Source of the DNA: Cetorhinus maximus
Lineage: Eukaryota
Assembly: GCF_964194155.1 (NCBI RefSeq)
Contig: NC_135900.1
Span: 29,202,001 to 29,266,000 of the forward strand
Direction: 5' to 3'
DNA length: 64,000 nt
The notes beneath the pieces are model-generated. The model did not search any database and was not told the origin of the DNA. It worked only from the letters and a program-made list of their open reading frames with translations. Positions 13,051 through 27,422 of this stretch are shown here, in pieces. Position 1 is the first letter of the stretch; each line of letters starts with the position of its first letter. Position numbers and translations under genes: made by a program.

Positions 13051-15538
13051 CCTTTTCTGTCCATCTTTTCATATGTAGGTTTGCATGTTCACACTGTAAA
13101 CAGGGGAAAGCTTCCAATTTTTTCTTCCCTATTCCATCCAAGTCCTCTGGCTCAAAGAAGTGCAAAATGCCATCTAAAAATACACCTTAAAGTCTTAATC
13201 GCTCATGGGCCTCTTCTAGTCCATGTCTGTTTTCTCTTGTTATGCAACACCTTGACCTGCACTTAAAGAAACAGAATTGGCCAGATCAGGCCTCATCTAT
13301 TCCAGTGAACCCAAATGCTCCATTCCATGGGAAATTCCCTTTACAATTGCTTTAGAGGAGTCTCAAGAAAGATTCACATTATTAAAATAGAGAGAAAACG
13401 AAGATAATAGTATGTTTACTCTAAGAAAAAGCAAGTCAGAAGATTTACCCAAAGAAAGCTAAGTGATAATGAAAGTAAGGAATCTATGCTGGAATAATAT
13501 CCTGTTGCTTTGGCAGTCACATGGCAGTGATTAATAAAAACATACACGTTTGTTTAAAAACTACTCTAATCTCACTGTTGAGTAATTACAGCACCTGAGA
13601 CGGTATCTATTTACTTCACCTGTAAAGACCGTCATTCTTCAGAATGGATCTATTTCCTTCACTAGCACTAATTCTCATAAAACCCTCTGTGAATCCAGAA
13701 GTGTTCATAACAAGCCATGAGAAATTCCCTGCAAGCGAACAAAATATCTCATAATTTTCCAATTGGCCAAAAGACCCTACTGGAAGCTACATTACTGAAA
13801 CGAATCCAAGTGATTCATCTCAGATGTCAAAGCAACATAACAAAGGATTTATCATTATATACATTTCTTTCAAAATGCATTCAGTTATATTTTTAATAGT
13901 TTAATTGAAGATCTTAAGAGATTAAATATGGAAAATTAAGTCAGTTGCACTTCCAGTTACATTTTAAATGAATTTTACATGAAAGCATCTGGTATTATTC
14001 TTTTAAGATGACATACCCTGATGGAGATGAGGTACTGAACCTTAACTGCAATGGGTTCAATTTTATTACAATGTGGCAGTGTTGCAAAGCTTGATTTATG
14101 GCTTGAGGCCTTTAATCCTACTTTTCATAATAAGTTTGGCACCGTGCATGGTAAAACTATGTCAATCCAGATGCTAATGTACAGCTCCTTGTACCAATAC
14201 TGAGGAAGAATGGCCTGAAGCAGCCCAAGTTAATAAAATAGAGGGGAAGCAGGGTGAGGAAAGGGAGCAGAGTGGGGAAGGGCTTATTTCAAGAGCAAGA
14301 ATCCACAGTCACCAGTAAATCTCAACATTTTGATTAGCATTGGGCTGGCAGGAGGAATGGAACATGCTGTGCCAAACTCCCATTTCGCATTGTAGTGGTT
14401 ATTTAAAAAATGGATCAAATAGTTACTTTAATTTAGTCTCTTTAGAATTTAATATAAATATTTTCTAAAGCAGAATATATAAGATAACTTTCCATAAAGT
14501 TCTCACTTCCAACCACCACACAAGACTTTAGACAATCTGATGAAAGACAAAGCATAAACATACACTATAATTTCTATCAGAATTGCATTTCCAGGAGGGG
14601 TTATCCTTTGTCTGAACTTCATCAGATCTATGGAAAGCCTGGAGAAATTATGTAAATAACATGTACAGTTCCTCCAGGTTTTCATGGATCTTCTAGTGAC
14701 ATTATGCCAGGCAATCAGGGGAAATCCTGTGGAAATTGTTTAGATGTTAGTGTCAAAATATTTTGCACATTTACATGGCATATCTTCGCCTATTATTTTA
14801 GTGGGTTAATGCCTCCATGATAACAGCGGATAAAAGAATGTAATTGGAAAATGTCAAGTGTAGGCTATTCATGTTAAGCAGTTTCAGCAGAGCACCTTAA
14901 ACACATGGTTCAAACATGAAACTAAGATCGGTTAGCAGATTAGCAAAACTTTACCTATGTTTTTGATAATGTTTTGCTTTAAATCAGCTATTAACATGAA
15001 TTAAAATGCAATTTACAAATTGCTAAGGGGCACGTTAAACATTCTAATTTTAACACTTCAATCTATGATTGGCTTCTATTGTATAACATGCAATTACTAA
15101 GCTGCTTTCAGCGTGCATTTTAACATTATCGCAGTTGACAAGTGTAGGGTTGCCAACACTGATTGAAGTCATTCCTGGAGCTTTGATCATGTACCCTCTG
15201 ACCATATTAATCTGCAAACGGTATTAAATTTACTTATCAGTCCCCTTTAGTTGAGTATCTTAATTCAGAGAAGTTCAGGGAACCAGGAGACCTCCTGTGA
15301 GAAGGCAAAGAAGGGAAACTATGGCAAAAAGGGAAAACCAACCATTCAGGGGGTATTTGCAGGGTCTGGGAGAGAACCCAGAGATTGAACTGGGATCTAA
15401 TCAGTAACTAATAGCAACTCACTGAAATTGCATCAACAATTAACATTAACTAGCAGAGGCCTGCAAAACATTTGTGGTGTAATTAGTATCTTTATTGCAA
15501 CAGTACTTACTCAAATCCTCATCCCATGCCATCCCATC

Positions 15539-15739
15539 TGTTGTGGTATCACTTTAAGAGAGAATATGCTAATGAGTAAGTAGCCAGGATGTAAACCATG
15601 TCACCAGCAGACATTGTTCAGAGTACCTTTCAGTTTTGCTAGCAACATGTGGTGTGAAGTAGATGCAGCTATACTTTCATGTTAACAATAGCTGTTGAAT
15701 CTTTATAGTAAATCTGTTGCTGAGTAATCCTGTACTACA
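15539..15739 (+). mobile_element. Possible short Gypsy-type solo LTR
   Basis: TGTTGTGGTATCACTTTAAG...TACTACA termini. No convincing TSD. Confidence 0.3.
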
Positions 15740-17073
15740 TTTTCAAATAAATTGAACCTATGTTTAGTTTACCAGTCCTGTGTAAGATTGCTAAGTTTGT
15801 ATTCCCTGCAGATTCATTTATATTCCTCCTTTTTAAAAAATTAAATGGGATGGGAATAAATAATGTTTGATTCATTGCTTCAGTTGCCATTTGTGATGAA
15901 GCATCTCAAGGTCTGATTAGTCCTTATTCAAAAGCCTTCCTTCTCCCTCCCCCCTTGGTTCTTCAAGTGAGAATCATCAGTGCCCGTCTTCTTGTTCCTG
16001 ATTTGCACACCAGTGGAAATGATCTTTTACTATTTCCCCATAGTAAAGTCCCCAGGTTTCATACTCCTTCACTGGCTGCTCTGCTCTTGATGCCACTGCC
16101 ACTCATTACATTTCTGCTGCTGCCAGCTCTGCAGGAAATATTGGGCCCCACAACCAACCCATTCCCCAGTCTCCCCCCACCCAGCTGAACTGCAATCCCT
16201 GCTCCGAGTGGGTCCCAATCTCCAATCTCCTTCGCTTCACATTCCCACCAAAATTGCAATGCCCCAAATCTATCCCCCCCTACCTGAACCACAATCCCAT
16301 GGCCCCCAGACTCCCTTTCACTCCAATATACTGAGCCCTTATTCCCTAGTCACCTGGTCACCCACTCTCCCATGTTGCTTAAGAGAAATGGACCCATTTT
16401 AGTTTAGCAGTATTGTTTTAGTACATGGTAATTATAAATTGCAAATGATTTAATTTTTTTAATGTACTTTCTCCCCAAACCAAAAAAAAAACCCTGGCTT
16501 TCTCTTCCCATCAAAACTTGTCATTTGAACCATGCCTGGGGTAATCCTTCATAACGTTTCTACTACTATTGATTTGCTTTATTAATAATGCAGTGTGCAT
16601 ACAGTCTAAGGGCCATTTTCTCATCGAACTTCACGACTATTGTGTTTTAATGGAATCGTGGATTAGAGGGAGGTGTGTGGAGCATTTGAAGGGCCCCAAG
16701 AATTCTTAATGCAGCTCTGATCTTTTTAGGCCTCAATCTAATCCACTTTGGGGCTCTTCCACTCACTTTACATCCCTAGCTGCCTCTTCCAATGCTGCAG
16801 CGGTGGGACCCCACTTGCTGCAGGATCTCCAGTTGGAGTACATTCTGCAAAGAAATGGCATGGAGTTGTGGTGGTTTCTGGAGTTACCGAAAGCAGCAAG
16901 ACAAATTAACTGCAGGCTTAAGAAGAAAGAGACCAAAAACAAAGACAGTCACCTAGAGAGGCCTGAGGTAAATGCAGTAAATGATCAAATCTCCAAGAAT
17001 AAATCTAACCAGAGTTCGCAAATCTCTGAAGCAATGAGTCTCAGTTGGGAGCTGTATCCAGCTCACAGTACAA

Positions 17074-17092
17074 TTCCACAAGAGGGCAGTGC
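17074..17092 (+). promoter_or_regulatory. Candidate CTCF binding site
   Basis: TTCCACAAGAGGGCAGTGC closely matches the CTCF core CCAsyAGrkGGCrs (one deviation) and lies in apparently unique sequence. Confidence 0.5.
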
Positions 17093-18757
17093 CAGAAATA
17101 ATGCAGATACCTGTGCACTAAGAACTCAAAGATGATCAGATGACCAAATATGTGGCTAATTACCAGTTACATTAACCATAGATGTGAGGAATCAGTTTTA
17201 TTTCCTTTTTAAAAGCTCTACTGTATATGGAATATCTAAACAACAGGATTTTGTTTAATCAAACTGCCTTTACTTCCATTACAGGGCATTTACAGCACTT
17301 TAAAACATTTAAATCATGGGTTTTGGAGCAGACAGCATACAAAGTGATGCAAATGCACCTCTAGAAGCTATTTGTTAAAGGGTTTATGGGCTTGCATGCT
17401 ATCCCTGTAAACTACTTCTGGCCAGATCAAAATTTCCAGTAATTGTCATTTCCATCTACTGTATAAATATGATATCTTAAATCAGCAGTTTATTTGCTGT
17501 CAATAACTTTTCAAATCAGCGTTTACAAATCTGTTTTAGACTTCTGCAATGGAAAATTAGCTTCCTCACATAGACTCCTCAAATGATGATTTTCCTGGTC
17601 CCAGCACAGTACAGGAACAGCACACCCAAAATGTGCTGCATCTATCCAAGCAAGGCCACACCTTAATTTGGTGAGCTGGGTTACCAATATGGTCCGTTTG
17701 TATCCTGAGTGTATGTCCGTCGTCATAAGTCCAGTAACTGACAGAACAATGTGCGTGGAAGTAGGGGCAGAAAGGGGAGTATAGCTGTAGGCCTGGCTGT
17801 TGGCCTTAGGGCACTGGAACACAGCAGCCACAAAGCTCCCAAGCACTCAAAATCGAGTAGCAGACATGCCAACTCTTGCAGATTTATTGCAAAGGATGTA
17901 ATTTCCAAGTAAAATTAAGCCACATTCACAATTTCAAGGGGGGGCTATGGAATCTCGGCATTTTCGCAGGCATAATTTGTTTCTGATAGCCTTTTAGAGT
18001 AGCATCCAGAGAAGTTGTTGGTAAACTTTACCATGGAGTTTGAATGTGTGCAATCTAAATAATATTATTTGCATCATAACACTAGAAGTATCCATAAAGT
18101 TGCATTGTAAAAAATTCAACTCCTTGAAATATTGGGGTTTGATATTAAATAGTGCTCGATAGCATGTGATTCAAGTGTCAGAAGACAAAGGGCCGAGGAC
18201 TACCCTAAATCTATCCTTGAGCCTCAATGGAAAGAAATCCAGTGGGCTGCTGGTGCCAACGGAGCACCCCAGAGAGTTGCAGGTCACAGCCTTCAAATCT
18301 CAGTGTTCTAGGAAGCCGATAAGCTTGTAGGTAAATCCAAGGATGCAGGGGGAATGTAAATGTGTAATTGGGGGGAGGGAGGGTGGGAGGGAGATGGTGC
18401 ATGTGATCAGGTCAGCAGTGGCCTGCAGTATTCACGAGGAGGCAGGAGGGTAATTCCTGCTTCTCCTGACTCGATCAGGCATGGCAACAAATGACCTTGT
18501 CCTCTGAAGGGTTGGGGATCAGCTTGCTGGCTGTCAGGTAGAAGAACCCAGCCTTGTAACACAAAGTAAATCTGACTGCCCCTTACAGCGCCTCCTTCAA
18601 CCCAAATGCTGCTCATCCCTTGACTCTCCACAAGAGGTAAATCCATTCAATATTTGAACCATGCTCCTGTGTTTAAAAACTTTTCTAGCATTGCTGTCTC
18701 ACACTGCCTTGAGAACACAAGACAAAGTCAGTTATTTCAACTTCTGTCTTTCTGTAT

Positions 18758-19737
18758 GGGCGGAATTTTCTGCCCTCTCCCGAGGCAAGTTTAGTGGAGA
18801 GAGTCCAGTGGGGAACCCACCATCTTTCCACTTCCAGCCCAATTAAGTCTGTGGCAGGAAGGCCGATCACACTGTTGCAAAATAAGGCCCTTAAGTGGCC
18901 AGTTAATGCCCATATAAAGGCCTTATCCCACCACCGCTGGGACTCCACCATATGGGGAGGGACCCGGCATCGGGAAAGCTGCCCTCCTGCCCCTGACCCC
19001 CCTCACGCCCAACTCTGCAATCCACCTCTCGCCATCACTCCTCTGTGCCTGAGTCTCCTCGCTCCGGGGCCTCAGTAGGCGGGTGGAGGGTTGGTGTGTA
19101 CTGTACTGGCAGCAGCCATTGCTTCCCTGGCCTCTGATTGGCTGGCAGCTCTCGAAAGGCAGGACTTCCACCCCTGGGGAGCTAGATTCCAGGAAGGTCT
19201 GCTGCCGGCCTGTCAAATGCCTGAGAAGTCCTGTCCACCGACGGCTGCTGGCCAAAGGCCAACAGCTATACTGGACAGCAGCGCCACTGGGAAGGCGGTG
19301 GCTGCAGTCAGTATGACACCTACCTGAGTGGGAGGATCCCAGACGACAGAATCACAGAAGTGAGTGATGGCTGGAGAGGGGTTGCGGGATGGTGTCACGG
19401 GGAGGGGGCAGCAAAGTTAGGGGGTGGAGGATCATCAGCAACACGGGAAGGGGAATGGCTGGCAACGTTCTTGATGCTAGGTCTCCCCCACCTCCCAAAC
19501 GCCAGGTCTTCACACCCACTGCCCCCTAACACCAGGAGCCCAAAAACAACCCTAAGTATGTTTGTTGTGCTCCCTGCATGGAGAGGCACGTGCCCGCTGC
19601 TGGGTTAATTGCCTTCCTGCCATGGACGCAATCAGTGTGGAGGTAGGAAGGCAGTGTCCCCACCTGCTGCCTTCTCATCTGATTAAATGCTGCCCCGCTA
19701 CCAAACCTGCCATGGGAGAGGGCATTAAATTCCACAC
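18758..19737. mobile_element. Harbinger-like MITE (~980 bp)
   Basis: Imperfect 23-bp TIR: GGGCGGAATTTTCTGCCCTCTCC / GGAGAGGGCATTAAATTCCACAC. Confidence 0.8.
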
Positions 19738-20312
19738 AGAGGTGCTACTTATGGACAACATCATTAGCATCACAAGCAATCAGACTGAATGAGCATTATT
19801 ATAGCATAACGCTGACTAATGAACTGCTACAGGACTAACATACCTTAATTGCCACGTGTGAGTTGAATATTTTAACTCAAATGGTATGCTTCAGCATTTC
19901 AAAACAATCATTATTTCCTAATAGGTATAGTCATGTAAACAATTTGCTCTTTGAAGAAATAACAATGGTAGAACATTTCACAAATATGCTCCTATTTCAG
20001 AGTAATGATTATATGTCTCAATGTCACTTTGTTAATTGTATAGGGTGTTCAAAAACTTTAAAAAAAAAGTTTTCCAAAGAGTTTCCCATGAAAATGGTTT
20101 ATCTTGACTGCATATTGTGGTATACAAAAAAAACATAATATAAGCATAACTAAAATGTAGTCATTTTGTGACTTCAATGCCAGTGAATAAGCATTATGAG
20201 TTTTCAAAAGATTAGTGGTTTACCCAACCACTAAAATTAAAATAAACATGACAGCGATATTATCTAATATGGTAGGATGCATGTTATCCAATTTCCTCCA
20301 GTCAAACTGATC

Positions 20313-20490
20313 AGGCGGAATCATCCTAGAGTTGCACTAGGTGTGGTAGTGGGTGTGAAAAATGACCTTTTACCCGGCAGCCGCAATGGCGGGTTTTCGC
20401 AACGTATCATCCGCTTCTTGCCTCATTAATTATGCAGCCATAGGAAACACGCCATCTCGCTGGCAGGCAGCCTCTGAATCACCTGCTACA
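20313..20490 (+). mobile_element. Left end of a Harbinger element of the 27423 family
   Basis: AGGCGGAATCATCCTAGAGTTGCACTAGGTGTGGTAG aligns with GGGCAGAATTGTCCCAGATTTGCACTAAGTGCAGTAG at 27423. Both share CATTAATTATGCA..GGAAACAC. Confidence 0.7.
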
Positions 20491-20494
20491 CTGT

Positions 20495-21087
20495 TACTGC
20501 TGGAGGGAGTGAATGGTTGTGGATGGGATGCCATTCAAGCAGGCTGCTTTGTCCTGAATGGTGTCAAGCTTCTTGAGTGTTGTTGGTGCTGCACTCATCC
20601 AGCTAAGTGGACAGTATTCCATCACATTCCTGGCTTGTGCCTTGTAGATGGTTGTTAGGCTTTAGGGAATCAAGAGGTGAGTTACCACAGGATTCCTAGC
20701 CTCTAACCTGCTCTTGTAGTCACAGTATTTATATGGATAGTCTAGTTCAATTTCTGGCCAAAGGTTACCACCAGGATGTTGATATTGGGGGATTCAGTGA
20801 TAGTAATGCCATTGAATGTCAAGGGGCAATGGTTAGATTCTCTATTGCTGGAAATGGTCATTACAGGGCACTTGTGTTGTGCAAATGTTACTTGCTGCTT
20901 GTCAGCCCAAGCCTGGATGTTATCCAGGTCTTGCTGCATTTGTACATGGACTGCTTCAGTATCTGAGGATACTGAGGAGTCACGAATTGTGTTTAACATT
21001 GCGCAATCATCAGTGAACATCCCCACTTCTGACCTTATGATGGAAGGAAGGTAATTGATGAAGCAGCTGAAGATGGTTGGGCCCAGG
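20495..21087 (-). mobile_element. CR1 LINE RT fragment (family B)
   Basis: ORF 20742-21251(-): LGPTIFSCFINYLPSIIRSEVGMFTDDC...MQQDLDNIQAWADKQQVTF. Confidence 0.9.
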
Positions 21088-22267
21088 GTGTTAGCATTGT
21101 TAATGTTTTTCAGATTGAAATGGCTACAGTAAAAGAAATGGTGCACCGCACCACATGGGAACCCAAATAACAATTGGATAAATGAGTTTCTATTATGTGT
21201 ACATCCAAAGTTATTAAAGTTGCACAAGTACTTCATAAACATCCTGTACAAGGCTTATAATTTTTACCCCACAAAGTTCAACATTTATTCCAATGATAAT
21301 ATTATCAATTCTTTGTTTAATAACAATTAATATGCTGTAATAAGAGTCTCTGAAAGCTCTGACATGTTTTATAATACCTTTGTTGCCTACAACGTGTACT
21401 AACACATGAAACAGATTTATAATTAACATGCAAAAAATTATGTAGCGCTTTCCAGGGCACAGGAATGTTGGATTATGGAGCTACTATTGCTGAGCAACAA
21501 TCCCTTCCATTGAATTCTGTCCCAAACTATAGCAGTCATAGGATTCTCATTACAATATAGCACCCAAGTTTAGTGATGCGCAAATGATAAGTTCTCCTTG
21601 ATGATAAAACAGTGCAGTGCTTGTAATATCAATTCCAGAATTCAAAGCATTGTATTATCACACAAATCAACAGGGGACCCATTATAAATAGGATCAATAA
21701 TCAAACAGTTCACATTGGATAAACACTGTCAATTCACCGATATCTGTTCCTTGTGCACATTTCAGGGTTACAACTTAAAAGTCATAGCTGCAGCATTGTA
21801 AAGAAATCAATATTTGACAGCAGGACATGCTATATATAGTAATGGAGGAGTCATTACTGACTTATCTACCATTTCACATAGGGAGATTTATAAGTGATGC
21901 ATATCTCCCACATAAATGATGCATGCTTCCAGAATAAATATTTCATGGTAAATGCATCAACATTAGCTTTCATGTAGTGTATACTATACAGTGAACAGAT
22001 TTGGAAATTCCTTGCGATGCAATATAAGAACTAGCTAAATATACTTGTAACAGATAGAATGGGCACAAAAGCACAGCATTACAGGGTTCCTCCATCACAA
22101 ACCTCAAAGGGACATTTAGCCCTAACAACTGACAATTTTACTATTTCATTGCTAGTTGCTCAATTATGCTTTTTAATTGGTAAGTAAAGTTGCATTATAG
22201 AAAGAATTAAAGAAGGACCTTCTTCATAAGAAGCCATTTCTCATTTATTTACAAATACAAAGTCAAA

Positions 22268-22550
22268 AACAACCTGCATTTATATAGCACCCTTAACATA
22301 ATGAAACATCCTGAGGCAAAATGCAAAAGCATAATTGGAACAAGAGGAAGGTTTTAACAATGGTTGTAAGAGAGAGAGAGAGAGAGAGAAAGAGATTTGA
22401 GAGACAGCAAGGTTTATGGAGGGAATTCCAGGGCATGGGGCCTAGACAGTTGAAGGAACGTACAATGGTGTGGTGAAGGAAATGGGATTGCAGAAGAGGC
22501 TAGAGTTGGAGGAAAACAGAGGTCTCTGAGAGTTCTAGGGCTGGAATTAC
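22268..22550 (-). mobile_element. L2 LINE 3' end fragment with (GA)n tract at 22369-22395
   Basis: AACAACCTGCATTTATATAGCACCCTTAACA is the reverse complement of the L2 tail at ~63840-63872. Confidence 0.7.
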
Positions 22551-23739
22551 TATAATTTATAACTAAAATTGTGTCAAAGCGTACCTCCCACCAAACAAGA
22601 AAAAGGTTTACCCAAATATTTATTACAGCAACATTGTCCCCTTTAAGATTTCCATCTAGGGTATTGCCCACTAAACTAGAACAATACTGAAGCAACAATG
22701 GAGTGAAAATAACATTTTACTGATGCTTACTTTTTCACTGAAATTGGAGAAGACAGAAATTTTATTCAAATTATATCTCTAGATCATGGTTAAATGAAAG
22801 AAGCATTATTGCCTGTCTCCAATAAGATAATGACGGTGATTAAACAGCTGGGAAAATAGCGACATATTATACTGGATAGTGTTTTGCAGGATCCAATTTA
22901 CACCACAATTTAGTTTGTTTTTACATAATTTAAAATGCTCCTAAAACATGGACTTTCCAAATGGAGACAAATTATTGATCCAAAGAGTCAATAAACTCTG
23001 AACGATGGCAATTGACTATTAAAAGCTCAGGCTACTTACTTAACTTTGCCTTTAACTAGAAAGTCTACTTTGGAAGTTTGCTTTTTCAGTGAGAGTGTAA
23101 ATCTTTATTCATTTCTTTGTTGGCTCCACAGGAGATGGGTGGTCCATCTGCTCCCAAACATTTAACAATATTGCCCTGAAACCTTGCTTGAATTACAGCA
23201 CATACTAGAAATGACTTTCGCTTAGAATGTTGCTCCCCTTTCAACTGCAATGAAATTGGCCTTAATTCAACATTTCTGATAAAAGCACAAACACTAGTTG
23301 TGCACTTTTTGACAGAAATGCACAAACACAGTTATTGAGCCCTAGTTTATGTTTGAAACCAATGAAATAGATGAGACACTTTATAAAAATTATACTGCTA
23401 TAAAAATTACAGTGCAATTATCTGAAGAACATCAACACATTCCCCAAGACAAGGAATTAAAAATAAATGCTTTTTAATGAGTTTTTAAATGAAAGGTTAC
23501 AATTATATTATGCCAAGTTGTGTTTTGTGAAGTGCCGTATATTTACCACTCTAATCATAGCATAAAACGCTGTTAAAAATGGATTATTTTGCATCTTCTG
23601 CACAGCTTTTGAAAATAACTTTCAGCATTTTTGCCAATATGACCCCTTTTAAGGTGATCATCTCGTACTGTTCCAAAATAGTACAACTCAGTGCATAAAA
23701 TGACCTCACCCCTGAGTTTAAAACAAAGGAGGGGGGGGC

Positions 23740-24762
23740 TGAGGTACATGCTGGACTCGGGAATGTCACCCCTGGAAAACGCTTCAGAGTCAGTCACAGG
23801 CTGCTGATTGCCAAGGCAACCTGGTTAAAAAGCCTGCCTCGGTTCTCTGGGACTTGGCCCCAGTTGTTTTGTTCAATATTAGGTCCTCTACCCTCACTCC
23901 TCACATCTGTTCACTCCCCCATCCACTCCCCATGCCAACTCATCCCGACCCAAGCCCCTCCATCCTCCCAATGGCTCCTCACACCCTCCATGCCAACTCA
24001 TAGTACTTCTATGTCCGTTCACCCAGTATATACTCTGTGCAGAACCAATGGACCCTATAGTAACAATGGCATGTGTGGGAAAGCTTAAAAAAAACAGCCA
24101 TTCATAACTTTCTTTTAAAAAAATACTGCTGTTACTACAACCTTATGAAAGTGAGAATCAACCAGACCTTTAACTTATCAATAGCAGAAACTATAAGCAC
24201 TTGACACCTCTTTATGTATATAAATAAACATTGGGCCATTGACAAAACAGATCACAGAAAAAAAAACTCAATAAAGCAATGTTTTTCCTTGCGTGCACCT
24301 GTTTCAACAAGTTAAAGGAAGTCTGGGCTCTCAGTTAAGCAGGTTTTGTTTCACATGGAGGATACGTGGGACCACTGGGCTTGGGTGGAAGGCATGGGTT
24401 GGCATGGAGGCTATGAGGGGCCACTGGGGGATCGGTGGAGGGGCATAAAGAGGCATGGGAGGCGGGTAAGGCCTTTTGAAGTTATCATTTAAATGGTTCC
24501 CGCGTCCAGACTATGGTTCACGATTCCTCTGAGGAACCGTGATCCACGAGTCATAGAGAAGCTGGCCCGACTCCACAAAAATTAGGAGATGCCTATACCT
24601 GCAATGGAGGTTGAGAGTGCAGGATTAGAGCTCGCTGCCTGGACCCATCTCCCATGTTAGCAAGAATTGGGCATGCCAGGAATGGGGGCGGGAATCCTGG
24701 ATTTGGAACCACTTCACAATTTATCAAAAGCGGCTGGATTCTCCCTGACTCCACAAAAATCT
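23740..24762. mobile_element. Older relative of the MITE at 1151-2310
   Basis: Shares blocks such as AGAACCAATGGACCCTATAGTAACAAT, TAAATAAACATTG and CCTGACTCCA.AAAA in the same order. Confidence 0.75.
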
Positions 24763-27422
24763 ATGAAATGAATGCAATGAATAATAAGTGATGCTGTTCA
24801 TTGTCATCTTCTTCTCTGCACTACCTGGTGATGCAGTGTCTAATATGCAGTATAGCATGACGAAGCATGAGAATTTGGCTAGGATGACTTGCATTACGCT
24901 TTCTGATCTGACTAGATACCTGAATCTCTATTGGCATTTCATTGACGATTACATTACATGCACTTCATTACATCTGTGCTCAACAAGTACACATGAATGT
25001 AGTAGAGACAACTGGGACTACAGTGAACTAGGGCTGCAAAGTAATGCTTTGGTCTAACAGCCAACATTGTAACAGTTAGTATGGTGGGACAGGGCGAGTG
25101 TGGGGCTTGGGGCCGGTTGCATCAGGAAAAGAGAGTACTGTGGATTCACTTTGGGAAACAACATCATAATTGCTTCATGGGAACCAGACATTGCTGTGCG
25201 ATCTTTGTGGCTCACTAATGTGCACATATCATGTACATGCACATGCCTGAATCATTGCTACCCTGAACCTGCGGGCAATCTTGCAATTCAATATATGCAA
25301 TACTCTCTCATACTGTTGGTCATCATCCTTGAGAAAAGTAGCGCAAGTTGCTAGCTCTGGAAAGCAAAACATCAATCAGCTGCTTAAGATTGACTGATGT
25401 TGCTGGTGTCCCCTGTGGCAGGCTGGAATGAACATGAGGTATTAAGGTTCAGAAGTGACCTGGGCCGTCAGTGACAGTGCCTTGCCAGGTTCAGAGGTTG
25501 GCTGCTGGTCTGTGTGCACAACATGGTACAATTCTGTCACTATATTCCTGGTAAACCAAAGCCTCGGTTTGCTCCGATCTTCTGAAAAGTCCACGTAAAC
25601 CCATCTTTGCCTATACAGCTGATTGTGAAGGTAATATGTCAAAAGCAGTCAGTGGTCAGAGACAGGAGGATGTGACTGTGAGTGAGGCAGGAGTGCAGGA
25701 GTGTGACAATCTGCAACTGTTCAATAGGTCTGAGGTTCTCTCAGCTTGTTTGGATGAGAGTCGGGGCTGCAGGGCGGATGAGCAAACTGACCATGGCCCC
25801 GTAGTACAGGATGCCATTCAAGTGGGGGGAGCAAAAAGGAATGTAGTGGTAGTAGGGGACAATATAGTGAGGGAGATTGACACTGTTCTCTGCAGCAAAG
25901 AGCGAGAATCCAGACGGCTGGGTTGCCTTCCTGGTGCCATGGTTTGGGACATCTGCTCAGGGCTGGAGAGGAATTTGCATTGGAAGGGGGAGGATTCAGT
26001 GATCATGGTCCATGTATGTACCAACGACATAGGCAGGGTGAAGAAGGAGGCTCTGCATAGCAAGTATGAGGAGCTAGGCACCATATTAAGAAGCAGAACC
26101 TCAAAGGTAATAATTTCTGGATTATTACCTGAGCCATGTGCAAATTGGCATAGGACAAATAAGATTAGAGAAATGAATGCATGGCTCAAAGACTGGTGTG
26201 GGAGAAGTGGGTTCCGGTTTGTGGGGCACTGGCACCAGTATTGGGGAAGTGGGATCTGTACCATTGAGACAGTCTCCACCCGAACTGTGCTGCGGCTGGT
26301 GTCCTTGTAAACTGCATAATTAGAGAAGTAGAGGGGGTTTTAAACTGAATAGTGGGGGCAAGGGATCAAATTTGGGAAGCTGTGGTAAACCAAAGAGTAG
26401 AGACAAGGCAAAAAAGAATGGTATTAATACAGGAAATGATAAACAGACTGTGATAGGAAGGGGCAAAGAATACATCAACAGATAAGAGTAAATCAACAGA
26501 TAAGGCTAGATGATACAAAAATAACAAAGTAACAAAGTTAAAGGTGCTGTATCTAAACGCACGTAGCATCAAAATAATACAGATGAACTAATAGCGCAAA
26601 TAAAAATAAATAAGTATGATCTGATAGCCATGACAGAGGCTTGGCTACAGAATGACATAGATTGGGACCTGATTATTGAAGGGTATGTGACAATTAGGAA
26701 GGACAGCAAATTAGGAAAAGGTGGAGGGGTGGCTCTGTTAATTAATGATGGTATTAGCACATTAGAGAGGGATGACCTAAGTTCAGGAAACTTGGATGTA
26801 GAAGCGGGTTGACATGAGAAATGTTAAGGCAAGAAGCCACTTGTGGTAAGGTGTACAGGCCGCCTAACTGTAACAACACAGTAGGACAGAGTATAAAAGA
26901 AGAAATAATGGGAGCTTGTCAGAGAGGTACAGCAATAATCAAGGGGGGGATTTTAACCTACATATAGATCGGAAAAATCAGATGGGCAAAAGTAGCGTAG
27001 ATGAGGAGTTCATTGAATGTTTTCGGGACAGTTTCTTAGAACAGCACGTTTTGGAGCCAACCAGAGAGCAGGCTATACTAGACCTGGTATTGAACAACGA
27101 GATAGAATTAATTGATAACCTCATAGGGCAGACACCCCTCAGCAGCAACGATCATAATATGACTGAAATTTACATTCATTTTGAGGGAGAAATGAAAGCT
27201 CCCAAGATTAGTATTTTTAATTTAAATAAGGGCAATTATGAGTGCATTAAAGCAGAGCTAGCTAAAGCGAATTGGCAAATGAGGTTGAAGGATATAGATG
27301 TTCAGTGGCAGACATTTAAAAGGATATTTCAGAATACACAGAACATATACATTCCAATGAGAAAGAAAAATTCCAAAGGGAGGGCTCACCATCCGTGGTT
27401 AACTAAAAAAGTTAAAAACAGT

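Noticed and set aside
16803-17135. 110-aa ORF as host exon
   Set aside because: Non-ATG start, no homology recognised and no convincing splice sites.
17600-17795. 5S-like start GCCTACAGCTATACTCCCCT on the minus strand (AmnSINE-like)
   Set aside because: Similarity lasts only ~20 bp and the internal promoter boxes are not evident.
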